This document shows, in pieces, positions 36,752 through 50,800 of a stretch of DNA of 64,000 nucleotides (position 1 is its first letter; each line of letters begins with the position of its first letter). Both the position numbers and the translations under genes were made by a program. A model generated the notes under the pieces. That model worked only from the letters and a program-made list of their open reading frames with translations. It searched no databases and had not been told where the DNA came from. The stretch covers positions 62,001 to 126,000 of the forward strand of contig QPMI01000399.1 of assembly GCA_004431415.1 (NCBI GenBank). The letters are read 5' to 3'. The stretch comes from Cyanophora paradoxa CCMP329. Lineage: Eukaryota > Plantae > Glaucophyta.

Positions 36752-38001
36752 GGGTCAGCCACGAGGCGGGCGGGGCGGAGCGGGGCCGGGGGTTCGGGCG
36801 CACGCAGAGGGGAGAGGCGCCGACAAGAGACCTCTCGCCTCTGGCTCAGCAGCTGCTCCAGGGCTCGACCGACGGATGTGGGACTTCCGGAGGCGGGGCG
36901 GCAGGGCCCGCGGCGCCGCGGCCAGGCGCGGCCCGAAGGCCTCAAAGCTTTAGCCCTCCTCTAGCTGGTTAGCCGCGCGTCCGTTAGGAATCCGCTCCGT
37001 GGGTCGGTTCGGCGAGCTACTCCAGCGGACACCAGCGGCGGCTTCAGCAGCTGCTCTCTCGTTCAGCCCAAGCACTTCTCTGCGGCAGCGATCGGCCGCC
37101 CGCGGCTATGGGGCCGGCGACCTGTGTTGCGCCCGCGCAGATGATCGTCGGTCGTGTGATTGCACGCCCGCGTCGCGGCCTTGGGCGTCGCGGCCGCACA
37201 GATGCTTCGATTCCTGGCGAGGCGATGTGCTTCTGAGCACTCGGGCGGCCCGGGGCCTCCCAACCCCCGCCGCAGCGGACCCCACGCGCGCGTGCGCGCG
37301 CCAACTGGAGGAGGTATCTCTCGGCCGAGGAGCACAGACCGCTGGCTGCGGCTGGCGGCGCTGTGCGCCCACCGGTTTTCACCCGGGCTCTCACGAGCTC
37401 CGGTTTCCGGTCCTCTTTTAGGATGGTGTTGCACCTGCAGCGGGGCGCAGCAGCCTTGGGATCGAGAGACGGGAGGCGGGTGGACTGGGCGCGCGCTGGA
37501 GCTACTCGCTATGGTGGAGGCGTGATCCTCCCGCTGGTAGACCAGACTGGCCTTATCGGGGCCAGTAGTAGCACGGTGTCCTGCCCACCCACTTCCTCTC
37601 CCTCTCTATCCCTGTCAGCTGTTGTTCTCTACTGTAGTTCTAGCTTCACTGCTTCCTCCAGCACTCAAAGCTTCGGTTCCTATTTTCCAAAGATGTAAGT
37701 GCCTCAGTGCCAATCCTAGGATTCATGGTAGGCGTCGTGGTGAGACAGTTTCTGTAAACTGTAATGTGGTGCTGAATGACAAATCCCTTGGGCGAAGGCC
37801 TCGGGGCCCCAGCCCCGCTGAGGCGCCGCCGGAAGTCGCGGGGGGCGGGGAAGAGGGCGGCGGGGCGGACTGGACACCGGGCGGAGCAGAGCGCCGCCGC
37901 GAGGCGCCGGCCCGGGGCCCCCCTGGCCCCGTCTCGAGCTCGAGCGAGCGCTCTGAAAGCGCGGGCCCTGCGCGCGCTCCGGGGCGGCGCCGGCGACGGC
38001 G

Positions 38002-38055
38002 GTGTGTGTCATTTGTCTAGCCATTCGTCTCGGTGTGTGCGAATTCATCAGAGGA
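38002..38055 (+). mobile_element. 54-bp family-C 3' tip with 17-bp TSD
   Basis: TSD cggcgccggcgacggcg at 37985-38001 and 38056-38072; body ends ctagccattcgtctcggtgtgtgcgaattcat. Confidence 0.9.
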
Positions 38056-38165
38056 CGGCGCCGGCGACGGCGCCTCCCACGGCACCGCGGCCGGCCGGCG
38101 CCCGCCCCGCACCCGCAGAAGGGGGCGGGTGCGGGCCGGGCGGGCCCGCACTGCGCCCCGAGGCG

Positions 38166-38660
38166 GCCTACCTGCCCGCAAATGCCCAGGTACCGGTCTC
38201 GGCGTTGTCAACCTGCGCCCCAAGGACGTACTGTAAGGCAAGCGGCGAATTCGCTGGCGTCCTGGATTCAGGATCCGTCGTGGGGGCACTCCATCTGCGG
38301 ACAGAAAGCCCTTGAACGCCGTTGGAGGGCGCCCACCGCGCGAAGTTAGTCGCGGAAGCAAAGATGCCGCGACGAATGTAGCCACCTGCGCGCAAAAAAC
38401 CAGGTCTTAGCCATACGCTGTGACGAATCTAGCTACCTGCACGCAAATGCCCAGGTCTCGGCTTTGTCAACCTGCGCCCCAAGGACGTACTGTAAGGCAA
38501 GCGGCGTATTCACTGGCGTCCTGGAATCAGGATCCGTCGTGAGGGCACTCCATCTGCGGACAGAAAGCCCGCGAACACCGTTTTAGGGCGTGCACATGCA
38601 CCTCGCAAACTCAGGAGCGGAAGCAAAGATGCCGTGTTCACGGCTGGTCTACCTGCGCCC
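38166..38660. repeat. Sub-repeated block, candidate subterminal region of the CACTA-like element to its right
   Basis: tgtcaacctgcgccccaaggacgtactgtaaggcaagcggcg and cactccatctgcggacagaaagccc each occur twice. Confidence 0.7.
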
Positions 38661-38999
38661 AACAGACCAGGTTGGAAGCAGGCGGCTGCTGCGCTGCATC
38701 GGGGAACTGAGATCGGTTGTTGATGTACTTCATCTGCGCAACATGGGCGCATGCGCAACGCAGGCGCGCAACGCTTTGCCCGTAGCCACGATAAAGCTCA
38801 TGTGGGAAAGATGGAGAGCTGGAAAGCGGGGGCAGAAAACTAGCATTCTAGTAGAGACTATTTGCCTACAAACATACCGCACGACCGTCTGCAGCTGAAG
38901 CTCGATCATCTCTGTGTGGATTGTGTGATGACAAATTAAATGACGATTGGTGGAAATTTATTAATTAAAGCAATCGCGATTCTTACGCCGGCACAGGAG

Positions 39000-41520
39000 G
39001 AGCCGTTGAATCGTCTGTTTCCTCGTCATCTTTGGCCTTCTTCTTCGGATTCCTTGGCTTGGAGCCGTCCTTGTCCTTCGCCTCCTTCCTGGCTCTTCCC
39101 TTGGTCGACGCCTGATTCCTTGGGCGCTTTGCACCCCTTTCTCCGGTAGCACGTTCCTCGTCCTTTCATCGCGGAAAGGCGAGTTAGAAGATGCATTTTG
39201 ATGCAAGGAAAATGGAAAAAATGCAGTTACATCTGGGTTGAAAATGACAAGGCTATTCACTTCTGACGATAAGGGCTTCTCCAGAACAAGGCTTTCAGAC
39301 CAGAAGACAGAACGTTTCGAGTCTGCTGCCTCCAAGCAGGTAGGCTGCGAGAAGTTAATGCACGCAACATTTGATGGGCAATCCCATGGTTATAGCTACC
39401 CTCAAAGTTTCCACGCCCTGCGAAGAAAAGCTTAAAGATGCATGGGGAGGAGGCATGATATATGTCTACCAGTTGTATGAGAGGTCCAGGTTCAGCATAA
39501 TAGAATGGAACTGGACGCACAGCCCATCCAGCGTTCACAGAAGTTATCATTACCAATGTATCAGCACCCTGACAATCAATCAAATGCAGGAGCTGATCAA
39601 TAAATAGAAGAACGTACCGCTTGAACGACTGCCTTGCCCAGCTTCTCGTTCACCAAATCGATGTTGACGCAACCGATGTACAATCTGGTTCCGACTTCTT
39701 CGGGTTCGGTTTGGGATTGACCCTGGAAAAAAAGCCTGACTGGACAGAATTGCGGGAATTTCGTAGGGGTAACTGTTGCTTCGTCCTCGAGTGCGTGATT
39801 AACTGCGCACGGGGAAACATTAATATATCAGCAGCATACTCCCAAGGCACGAGGAGGAAGCGCACTCCACGATCCACTTCCAGCAATTTGTCGCGAAAAT
39901 TTTTCCACATTCTTACATTTCAGCATTGAGATCCTCTCCAATCGCTTCTGGTACTTGTTGCTCCGATATATGATCGTACCATCCTGATCGTCAACGTTGT
40001 CAAACAGATGTGTAAGTAGCCTAGCAAAATGTTTTTACGGATAGAACAGCCTTGAAATTCCGGTCGTGATACTGATGGAAAGTGCGAATTCGAGCCCTGA
40101 GCCAGTGCCGGCCAGATTCATCGTCATACGGCTCCTGCAGATCGTCAGCATCGGCGATCACATCGCATAATAGGAGCAGGACCGGGGCCGGCGTCCCCAC
40201 TGGGACGCCCGGAGGATGATTGTCGAAGGCCACAAACGAAGTACACTTGAAACGGATCACATCTTGAATCCGCATCAAGAGACCTGAGACGACTTCAATC
40301 GAGGAGTCCTGCACAAGTAGCTCAGATCAAGAATTAAGAGTCTGTTTACGCTTCTTCGATGCAGCGACTTCTTCCCACTTCGGCTCTCCGATGAAGTGCC
40401 ACAGTGCCCGAAGCAGTGGCGTGAAGCTGTTCTTGAAGACCAGAGAGCGAGGATTATGAACGTGCCCAACTCGCTTTCCGGCGGCATCTCTCCTTGGTTC
40501 ACCAAACAATGCATGCCCTGTGGGATATGGGATATATATATAGAACAGATTTGAGTCTTGTGCGGGACTGACCTGGTTCGACAGGAGGCGGCAGTCTGTT
40601 GGATGGCGATTCGACATTGTACTGCGTGCCTTCAAAGCATTTCATGAAGGCTAGCAGCCCCTCCCTCTGCAGCGAGTAAGGGGTACACAAAGAAGAAGGA
40701 ACGTGTTATCACTGACGCGTTCTTTGACATTTTTTTTGTCTGATTGAAACTCGTTGGTGCCAAAGATTTCCTTCACAACAGTATGAAGCGATTCGAGTTG
40801 GTCCAGAGAAAGCTCCGATTGCCGGGTTTCTCCACACATTGCTGGAAGATCTGCTCTGGATGGGAATAGGTCGAAGGAAATCGAATATGTTGCGCACCGA
40901 AGAGTCTTATGATCCAAGTCTTCACTACTGACAAGTCCAGGGGGTAGATGTCCTCGGGAAGCGCTGAGGGGCGTGACAATTCCGATGCTGTATACGAACA
41001 TGGTTTCATAGATTTAGAGCTCTGTTGAAAAGTTGAGAGTATCACTGACATTTTCGAGCAAGGAATGAGATTTTCCCGGAGACGTGTTGTTCAGCGAGGG
41101 CCCGAAGTGCTTTTGGTGAAGGAGGTTTCAACTCCAGATGGTTTTCTTTGTCTGCGCTCAGAAGATGTGTGTGATCATGATTGGCCCTGATGATGCGAAA
41201 TGTAGGAAGGACGACCTTGAGAACTGAAGTTCTTGGATTCAAAACTGAAGTTCTTGGATTCAGAACGAAGTTCAATTCGACCTGCTCGAACGCAGTGCAC
41301 GTAAAACATATAGCACAAGATTGCGTTCGCCCATATATATACCAATCCCATTGCCATGTGATGAAAGAGGCGCAAGGGGCTCGCGCATAGGAATTCCAGG
41401 TTCTGTCTTCACTTGCAATTGCACGGGACCGATTGCAGCTGCAGCAGAGAACTCGTTTTTTATTGGCACTTCGTCTCTGGCGCCACCGTTGACCTAAACA
41501 TCTGAAGAGTCGAGTTAAAA
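39000..41520 (-). CDS. Multi-exon gene of unknown function, divergent from the transposase; boundaries approximate
   Basis: Chain of protein-like minus-strand ORF segments (39650-39910, 40021-40314, 40651-41001 and others) in lower-GC sequence; no domain recognised. Confidence 0.4.
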
Positions 41521-42609
41521 ACATCGACTACAATCCAAACCCAGAAAAGGACTTGCAAGACGCGAAAGTCTTGACGCGATTGCGCAGAGTGGTTTTCAGT
41601 TGCTGGAGCTTCCCCATCTCAATCTCGAAGGATGGGCTCTCGATTTCCGTCCTGCGAATGCAAGAAGAGAGTCACAAAACCACTGGTCAAGTGCATGAAG
41701 AGAGTCACAAAGCCAGAAGACATGCTTTCGCATTGTTCTTTGTTGTTCACAAAAAGCCTCCACCGTAGCCAGAAGGACATTTGCAGTGCAAATGGCCCGC
41801 GTGCACTCCTGGGGAGTCTCCTCCGAAGCAGATACAACGGCATCATTGTATGCAGTTGTTCTATCTTCGAACCTGATAGACTAAGTAAGACGTGCGTGTA
41901 AGTAGGCGAGCGGCTGTTGATCACTGGGTTTTCAATCGAGTAACACTGCTCTCATCGGACTCGGTGACACTCGCCCGGCCAATGACCGTGCTGCAGATGA
42001 GAACGTAAATGGATGTGAACGTTCTTAGATCGTGAAAAATCACCGCACCATGACAACTGGTACACCTCTACCAGACAGTCGTCAAGGGCAGTGCGGGCTT
42101 TGTACAAGTGTGCTTTGCGCATGGTGTCCTCTGACGCGAAAGGCACACCTCGCGATGGCGCAAGAGATCCAATTGTCTGCATTGGCTGCACATAGGCGTT
42201 AGCAGCGCATCACATGTGTGAAGCCTCGTAGGCTCGGCCTCCTATGCAACTTGTAGTATGGCACGATGCCGTTGGGCCCTCGCGCGCAGACCGCGATGGC
42301 CCCGCTTTGTCAGATGCATCTATGGGCGATGCACATCGCGTTCAAGTGGTAGAACATCGCCTGGGACGAACCTGGAATGCAAGTCGCCTGTGGCCCGACT
42401 TTGGCGTGTCGGAAATCACGCTCCTTGGTCGCGACAGGTACGCAGCGTCAGCACGCACGCGCTGCAGGCTGAGGCGCTCCTCCTTTAGCTTTTCTTTGAG
42501 GTGCAAGCCCGCGTTCGAATTGTACTTTGTGTTCCCCAAACGGGGGGGGGGTACCCCGCGTCGTGAGCATTTCCGCGTGCTCAGCAGAGTTGCAACTGCA
42601 CCTATAACC

Positions 42610-44900
42610 ATGTACATGAAAGGGGCTTCTTCGCAAGGACCAGTAGTTGCAGCTGCAGCACTGGAGGGGGCAGCTGGAAGCCACAGCACGGGCAGTTCTG
42701 CGCATGCGCAGGTGACAGGCCTAGGCGTTCGAATTCGAGACCAAGCCAAATTGATATGCAATTGCTCACGATGCCGCGGGCAACTGCCGGCTATCACTCG
42801 CCGGAAGTGGAAACAGCATCAATTTCTAGACCGTATAGGATTTCGGTTGACCACGAGTGCTGGGGCCGGAAGTGGCGACATCCGTCCTCTGTCAAGTGGA
42901 GAAGTAGAGAGCATAGTCAATGAAGCTCTTCTGTTGTCTTATCCAAAGGCGCCGACGTGGCGGAGGTACATGGGAGAAGCGAGGGCCACACAAGTGCAAG
43001 AATGTGAACCAGTGCAAAAAGAAGATCTAGAGACATGTCCTCCTGAAGCAGAGCCCACTGGAGACGCAGGCGATCTGAATTACGGCTATCAGAGTCGAAT
43101 GCGCTGCGACAATCGGTGCTGTTACAATCGCAATCACTCAAGACAGGAAGCTCATCGACGGCGGGAGGCTTCGCCGACGACAACTGGGACGAAGCTGATC
43201 ACCCCGACGATATTGTTGACGATTTTGTGGAGCGCAAAGAGGACAGCGACCTGGAATCTGACGACATTGATGATGCGAGTGGTGACCCTGGCGGTGAGCC
43301 GGCGGATGATTCAAACCCTCTTTTCAAAGATTCGTCAGTCACAGTGCGCCCAATTGCAAGAAGCATGATCTGCGCAACAAGAATAACAACAGACGCATTC
43401 CGCAGAGGCATAAGCTGATTTCCTTTCTTCTTGCGCTCAAGCGGCGATTTCCTCAAACGCCATTGGAGGCTTTTACATCTATAACTGCGTTCGTGGACAA
43501 GATTACATCGCCACTTTCAGAAGCGACCCCAGCAGCGGGGCCTTGGGAGAAAATGTTGCGCGAAGTCGATGGCCTGATCTCGGTTGGTCTTGGAAATTAT
43601 TGCCTGCCCATTGAGATGCAAGCGTATTTCTGAAAATGCTGCAGCCGAAGGTCATGTTCAAGATATGCGGAGCAAGTACAAAACACAAAGTAACAATTTG
43701 CAAGACAGTCTGGCTGATATACGGTCCATGTTGCAACCCCGACGACGAGCCATGTGACTGCGGTTTATCAACGTATAAAACAGGAATTGTTGCGTACTGG
43801 TTTCCGCTGGACCGTTCATTTCAAGCTTTGCTGAACAACAAAAAACTCTATCCGCACTTCCGGTATGTGAATGAAGTGCTTGTGAATGCCGCCCGGGATG
43901 CTGATCATGTTGCGTTGTTTCGAATTCAGGTACGGCATGGACCAGTTCAGGAGTCGCCTCGAATCTCCAGCGTTTGTTCCTCCGTTTTACAGGACGGACC
44001 CCGTTGAAGGCGACCATCAATGCTTTGAATATGACTTTGTCGACTCGAAGCTGTTCGCGCTTTACTACGCGGAGGGATGCGTCGATGTCAAAAGAGTGCG
44101 GAATCGAGACGGTGTAGAGGTGGTGGAAGATGGTCTTGGAATACTTCTCGCGTACTCCACCGACAGTGCCGTGACGCACAGCTGGTGCGATACGTACACT
44201 CCAAGCAGGAGCCTTGGAGGCCGCAACTTACTGCGGTTGTGTGAACGCAGGTCGAGGCGCGGCCAGTTTACGCCAGTTTTCATAATCCCCATGTCAGCCC
44301 ACCCGAACTTTCGGTTGGCAATCGGTTATTGGTCATTGGTCGATGTCTGCCTCACCACGAACACGCCCAGGCACTCCTTGGCGCGTCTTGCGTTTCTCAT
44401 TGACGGCAAACCCAAGAACTTCGAAGCAATTTTCAAACATTTTCTCACCCCATTCCTGAAGATGCACCAAGCTCCAATAAACGGAGTCGAATGACTAGGG
44501 TCAATCACGCGCTCATTGCGTACGCAGCAACTGAGCCTCTGACTCCGGGCAGGGTTCCGTTCAGAAATCCGGAGACTGGCATTGAACAACGCGCCTACTT
44601 CACCGTCACGCTTAATATCGATGACCTGCCTGGAATGGCAGCTAGCTATGGAATAAGTGCGCTGGAACCTTCCGAACAATGCTTGCGCCAACGCCGCCGT
44701 GGCCAAGTCCTCTCGCAGCATACTTCAACGGCTTTCAAGGCAACCCGAGCCGGTCGGCGTTGCAGCTCAGAGAAAAAAACATGTCCGGCATGAATATCCT
44801 TGCTGCCTGGGACCTTCCCATCGGCCACTGGATGCGTGAGAGGTGTTTGAATACTACGGATGCAACGAAACCGCCATCCGCCAAAACTGACGGTTTTTTG
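42610..44900 (+). CDS. CACTA/En-Spm (Transposase_21/Plavaka-like) transposase, spliced and probably 3'-truncated
   Basis: CNCSRC, acidic tract, Cys cluster ...PCDCG, WFPLDRSFQALL, YDFVDSKLF, LAYSTD, KPKNF, LNIDDLPG, DLPIGHWMRE in the order expected for this family. Confidence 0.7.
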
Positions 44901-45998
44901 GTGATTCTATGTGGAAGCCACAGCCTCTGATTTTCCGAGGTTGACACAAGCCTCGCCCCACAGCGCGAAAATGGCCTGAAAGCAGATAGGCTGCGCGTGC
45001 AGCGCAAGCGTGGAGAAATCACAAACAAGGACTTCGAAGACGGCCTTATCGAAGGGACCGGCGGTGTGTCCGGCTCCACCGAGATATCGAACCAATCGAA
45101 TTAACACCATCTGGAAGCGTAGGAGTGTCATTCCAAGCAGAGGTGGGAAACTGGCCTAACTTTCCGCTTGGACCACCCGAGGATTTCTCCGAGCACGACT
45201 GGGAGTACCTCCAGAACGGCATTCTCGACTGTGCTGTCGACATGATCCGGTGTGGCTTGCGCCACATCGACGAGTTCCACTTTGCAAAGGTCCGGAGAAT
45301 CGACGTGTTTCAATGGCTCCGGGGGAATAACAAGCGAAACGAGCCCCTGCGGGAAGCCACGATCACGTGCGGAATCCTTACCGTCTGACCTTCACACTGT
45401 CTCCCCGACTCTTGACGTGTGTCTTCGAAGGTACTCCGAGAGAATGGGCGTGCGCTTTCCCATTCGGCCCCTGGATCAATCTCAAGTCACTTGCGCGGAG
45501 AAGGCTGCGGAAAGAGAACGACAAAAACGCGCAAAACAGCAGAGACAGAGTGTCGACAGCATTCCGTTGGAGCCCATTGTAGCTGCACACATTGCGAAGC
45601 TCCCCAGGATTCACGCATTCGTAGCCACTGGTCGACTCTATGCCGCCGTCGCGTGGGTCGCGTCCCGGATTCGTGTAACGCATTTTGCGGCAGTGAGGAT
45701 ACGTACGTTCGATGGGAGCGTTTCGCTGCAGATTGACTTCATTATTATCATCCTGCAACAGATTGACAACCCCAAGTTTTTGGAGGAGCAAACGGGTTTC
45801 GCGAAGTTTGCTGAGGCAGGCTTGGCGGCAGATGTTGTGCGGACATGTTTGGACGCAGACATCGATGACCACAACCGATTGTATCGGGTGCTTGCAATGA
45901 ACCAGCTAGATATCATTCGCGGAATCGGATCAAAGGTAGGCCGGTGGATCCGCCGCGGCCGGGCGCCGCGGCCGCCCAGTGTGCGCACATCGCTCTGA
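44900..45998 (+). CDS. Unknown spliced ORF segments downstream of the transposase
   Basis: Protein-like segments 45125..45388 and 45252..45998; ends at a TA tract. Confidence 0.3.
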
Positions 45999-46849
45999 AT
46001 ATATATATATCGCCCTAAGGTGGTTTACAAGCCCACACTCACGTGTGGTAAGCCCTGCCAATGCATGCCTGCTCCCTCAGCCTCCCTGTCTGTCTTATAT
46101 TAGCGTCAATGAGGCTTACTAAAGTTAGCGGGCAGCGCTCGCGATCGGTAGGCGTAGACCTGCCCCTGCACCGTAGGCTGCACACCGCTCCAGATCCGGA
46201 TCCGCCTCCCGGCGGCCTCCGTGCACGTGCCTGCGCATGCGGGTCCGCGCCGCCCGAGCGTTCCTCTGCTCCGCCATGCATATGGCCCGCCCGCCAAGCA
46301 TCCGCGTCGCAATCGCCCCGTGAGCCCCCCCGCGAGCTGCCACCCTGCATGCCTCTGCCCCGCCCTGAGAGCCTCGCCCCCGCCCGTGGGTCCTCCGCTC
46401 CGTCCACCAAGCCGCTGAGCCACACCGCCAGGCCGCCGCGCTCCGAGGCTGCGCCCCACGTGCACCCGGCGAGCCACGGCGCCCGGCCCGGCGGCGGCTG
46501 CCCCTTGCCGCGCCTCTAAATGTACATGTACACCGCCGAGCCGTGCCTAATTTAATAAGCCGTGGGCCCTAGGCCTTAAGCTTGCGTGTCCGAAAGGTTG
46601 GGCTTTTTCGAAGCCGTCCCGGGCCCGCCGCCACCTTATTCATCGCCGCCATATATTGCAATTGGTCGGTGCACGTGGAGCTTGAGCTCGAGGTGAGATC
46701 TAGGGGGGAATATATATATATTGGTCGGTGGAGCTCGAGTTCGAGTTCGAGAAGGAGCTCGAAATATATATATATATATATATATCGATATCGAGCTCGA
46801 GCTCCTCATCATTAAGGGGAGGAGCATGCGTAGTTGCGAATCTCTTGCA

Positions 46850-47720
46850 AAGTACGTATACCTCGAATGCATATACTATCAATGTGGAGGGCTGCGGACG
46901 CGAGGGCGCACGGAAATATGTGCAGGCCCGTGCAGGATCGAAAATTTGGCGTCGGGTGGGTTCTTGTGCTCTTTCGCCCCCAGAGAGCTTGCGCAAAGCT
47001 TGGAAAAGCTCTCAAATGAATACTGTAGGGATGGGCATGCGTGAGGATGGGAGGGCGCGCGGAAAGATGGGCAGGTTTGTCAAGGATCGAATTCTCGGGG
47101 TCGGTTGGGTCCTCGCGGCCCGGCGCATCTGCAAAGCGCGCGGAAGGGTTTGTCTACATCTCAAATGCTTATACTATTGTTCCGCGCATGCGCCGCGGCG
47201 TGGGCGCGCGGAAAGATGTCCGGGCCTGTGCAGGATCGAATTTTCGCTGTCGGGTGCCTTCTTGCACTGTTCCGGCTCCGAAAAGCTGATCCCTGGATTG
47301 CGCAGGCCGTGCTATGTCTATGCGCGGGAGAACGCATCGATTGCGCGCGTCGCGGGACCGGGCGGGACCGGCTGGGTCAAAGTTTTGGCCGACTCTTCGC
47401 ACTGGAGTGTCGATGGCGCCCGAAATCGAGCTTGCAGCGGTGCGCGCGCCCTCGGCTCTCATTCTGTACCGCTCTGGGGCGTTCCTGGCGCGCTTTCGTC
47501 GCGGGACCGTCGGACCGGGCGGGACCGGGTCCCACTTTTTGGAGTTTCGCGATCGAGCTGGGGTATAAATACCGGAATCGATCCGCGAGAGAATTCGATT
47601 TTCGCGCGATGCCCACAGGTCCGACGGTCCCGCGTCCCACTTTTTGGAGTTTCGCGATCGAGCTGGGGTATAAATACCGGAATCGATCCGCGAGAGAATT
47701 CGATTTTCGCGCGACGCCCA
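46850..47720. repeat. Subterminal-type repeats: three imperfect units of about 150 bp and a 105-bp direct repeat
   Basis: gggcgc(a/g)cggaaa...ggatcgaa occurs three times; gtcccactttttggagtttcgcgatcgagctggggtataaatacc... at 47529 and 47634. Confidence 0.75.
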
Positions 47721-47801
47721 CAGGAGAGCGATCGTCTTAGGGGAGCCAGGATCGAAATTGATTCATGACAGGTCTCGGGATTTCAGCGTACAAATTCGAG
47801 A

Positions 47802-50800
47802 GGATTCGCTGCGACCGAAAAAGTACGTAGGCCGCCCGGCCGCCAGGTCTTACGGGCCGCGGTAGCCAGCTTGTTGTATCGGAGAAGGACCGTAGAGAGG
47901 TGCATAGGCGCTCGCCTGCAGGTGGCCCGGCGGAAAATGGTGAGCGAACCAAGTGCACCCCTCGCGGCCCCTCCTGCCCGTTAGCTTAGCCACGCCAAAG
48001 CGCGTGCCTCCTGCCAATCCCCGAAACGTACGCTTTGCCCGCCGGGCCCGACCGCATTGCCACTCCCGACCGCATGCCTCGCGAGGGCCCCGTCCCTCCC
48101 TCACCGCTGTGACTCCAAACCGCTTTGCTCTATCCCGCTTTGCCTGCTACGAACGCTCTAGAGACCATACCATAGAAGCCCGCGTTCGTGCGACCGGATC
48201 GCCCGCGCCCCAGCGCGCAACGGCTCGAGCTCGCTATCACACCGCCCCGCGCGCGCCGCTCACACGCGCCCCACGCCTCATGATCAGGTGCAGGCGAGCT
48301 CGCGCGGCATCCCGACGCACTCCAACCGTCTCACGGCCCTTGAAGAATTGGAGGTGCACCTGCACACGTCGACTTCTCAGGCACCTGCGGCGGGCCCTGA
48401 GGCCTCGCTCTCTGCCGCGGAACCCTTACGCGGAGCCCCCCTCCATGGACGCCTCGCCTGGCTCCCCTCCGTGGACACTCCGCTCCGAAGCACGCCGTCG
48501 GCGGCCGCTGCTGTCCCCGTAACTAGTACTAGTGCAACTGCTGCTGGCGTAGCCGCGCCCCCGCCCGTAGCTCCCGCACCTGCCCCTGCGCATGCCGTGA
48601 TAACGTTAGGCGCGCTCTTCCCGCCCGCGCACTTTGCTGCTGGGAGCCCTCTCATAGGCCCGGCGCCTGCCCTCTCCCGCCACAAGCCCGACGATGCTCT
48701 AAGAGTGATGACGTTTAACACAAGGGGCACGTCGGCGGGCCGGCTACAGCAGGCGGAGGACTTCGCGGAGAAATGGGCACTAGATTTGATGGCGCTGCAG
48801 GAGCTCTCGATTTCGAACGCCGAGTTGCAGGCGGCCCTCCTCACCCCGGCCGCTGCCCCCGGCGAGGCCCCGCTCAGCTCGATCACGCGCGGGAGGCTGA
48901 TCCACTCGATTAAGAAATCGAAAACAAAAGGGAACGGGACTGCTCTCTGGGTCGCCGCGCCGTGGGCGCGCCACATCGCGCGGCACTACCGCTGCCCAGG
49001 CAGACTCGCCGGATGTGAAATCCGCCTCAAGGAGAACCGCCAGCTGTTCGTCGCGAGCGTCTACATGCCTCCTACCGCGAGCAAACCTGAGCACATAGCG
49101 GATCAAAAGGCGCTGATGGAGTGCCTCGAGCGCATCAACGCGGACTTTCGCTCTCGCGCGAACGCTCACCTGATTCTCCTGGGTGACTGGAACTCCGTTG
49201 CGGTCCCGGCCACCTCCCGCATTCGTCAGGGCAGCTTCGTCCAGTCCCAGACGCCGGAACGCGCGTGGTGGGGGACGCTGCGAGGCACTTGGGGACTGTT
49301 AGATGCGGCGGAAGAGAAAGGAAAAGGAGCGGAGGTCACCTTTATTGGCTGCCACGGCCCGCCCGCGGAGACATCGGGGGCCCCGCCAGCGGACGACGAC
49401 GAATCCGGGGACTCGGCGGCCGAGGCGCCAGAACTCGTGTCGGACGACCGCTTGCTGGATCCTGCGCCCGACGACGTTATCGTCTCGGCGGGGCGCATCG
49501 ATGCGGTGCTTCACTCGGCGAGCCTGAAAACGTCGTTGCGATCGGTGCATGCACTGCCCCGAGCCGTGGCCATGCCGCACCCTTCTGATCACTTCCCCGT
49601 CATGGCCGACTACGATCTGAAAATGGCGGAGCTCAGCCAGCCAGCCAAGGACGAGGCGCGCCCGGCGAAGCCCCCGCCCTCTTCGCGCTGCACCTCATCG
49701 ACAAAGAGAAGCTCCCGGCGTTCCGAAAGGCGGTGGAAGAGCGCCTGCAAGGACTGGAGACAGAACTGGACAAGGCCCTGAACGGCGTCGGCGGCGGCAC
49801 CGACGAGGAGCGGCGGGAGCGAATCGGTACCCTCTACCGGCGGGCCACCGAGGACGTGCTGGCGCTAGCTAAAGAACACAAGTGCCTGAAAGCGCGCGGC
49901 TCCCGCCCGCGAACCGGCGGCCGGTCGCATGGCAGCTGGTGATGGACAAGAAGGTCGGTCGCCTACTCGCTGGATGGGCTGCAGAATCCGCTGGAGGCTT
50001 ACCGTCGTCCCGACTGATCACCCGGATCGAGAAACTTGAGGGCCTCGTCAAAAGCCTCGTCCCGGGACCCGAACCCATGCCGCGCCGCCCCGTCCGCGAC
50101 CCGGACGACGCAGCGCCCTTCCCGGCCCGCTACGGGTCGTGGCGACTCTACTTCAAGCTCCTGAACAACTGGCGGAACCGCGTTCGCAGACGCCACCAGA
50201 AAGAGACGAGCGCAGAACGTAACCGGCAGATCCAGGAGTTCGTCACGGCGCGCCAGGCGCGCTTTGCGGACCCGCGCCAGCTGCGCAGCTATCTAAACTC
50301 TGTACTGGAACGCTCGCGCGGGGAGCCGATCATGCACGTCACGCGACTAGCGCGCGACGGAAACTTTTACGAAATTTACACGTCTCCCGATGAGGTCAAA
50401 GCCGTCATGGCCGAGCACTGGAAGCAATGGTGTGCTAAACGCAACCCCCAGCTTGGCGGCACAGTCGACCTGGTGCCCGACTCCGCGCTAGACTACCTGC
50501 CCCCCGACTTCTGGCGTGCAGTCTACCGGCCCCTGGTTCTGCAAGCTGGCGCAGCAGATGCATTCGCCGGGACAATGATCGAGCCTACGTACGAGGAGCT
50601 AGGGGCGTACGTGCGCTCGCTGACAGACGGGGCGGGCGGGCCCTCGAACTGTACAAACGCAATCTTGAAGACGCTCTGGAACCCGGAGCTGCCCGACGCG
50701 ATGGATCCGGAGGCGTACCCACCCCGCGGGCGCCGGCTCCTGATGGCGATCGTCTGCGAGGTGCTCCGCCTCCGCGACCTGCCCAGCGAGATGTGTGAGA

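Noticed and set aside
38149-38153. CACTG as the transposon terminus
   Set aside because: It resembles a variant of the internal cctgcgccccaagg sub-repeat, and no matching inverted end with TSD was found.
47802-48000. HDV-like ribozyme at the LINE 5' end
   Set aside because: I could not assign the nested double-pseudoknot pairings by eye; a covariance-model search is needed.
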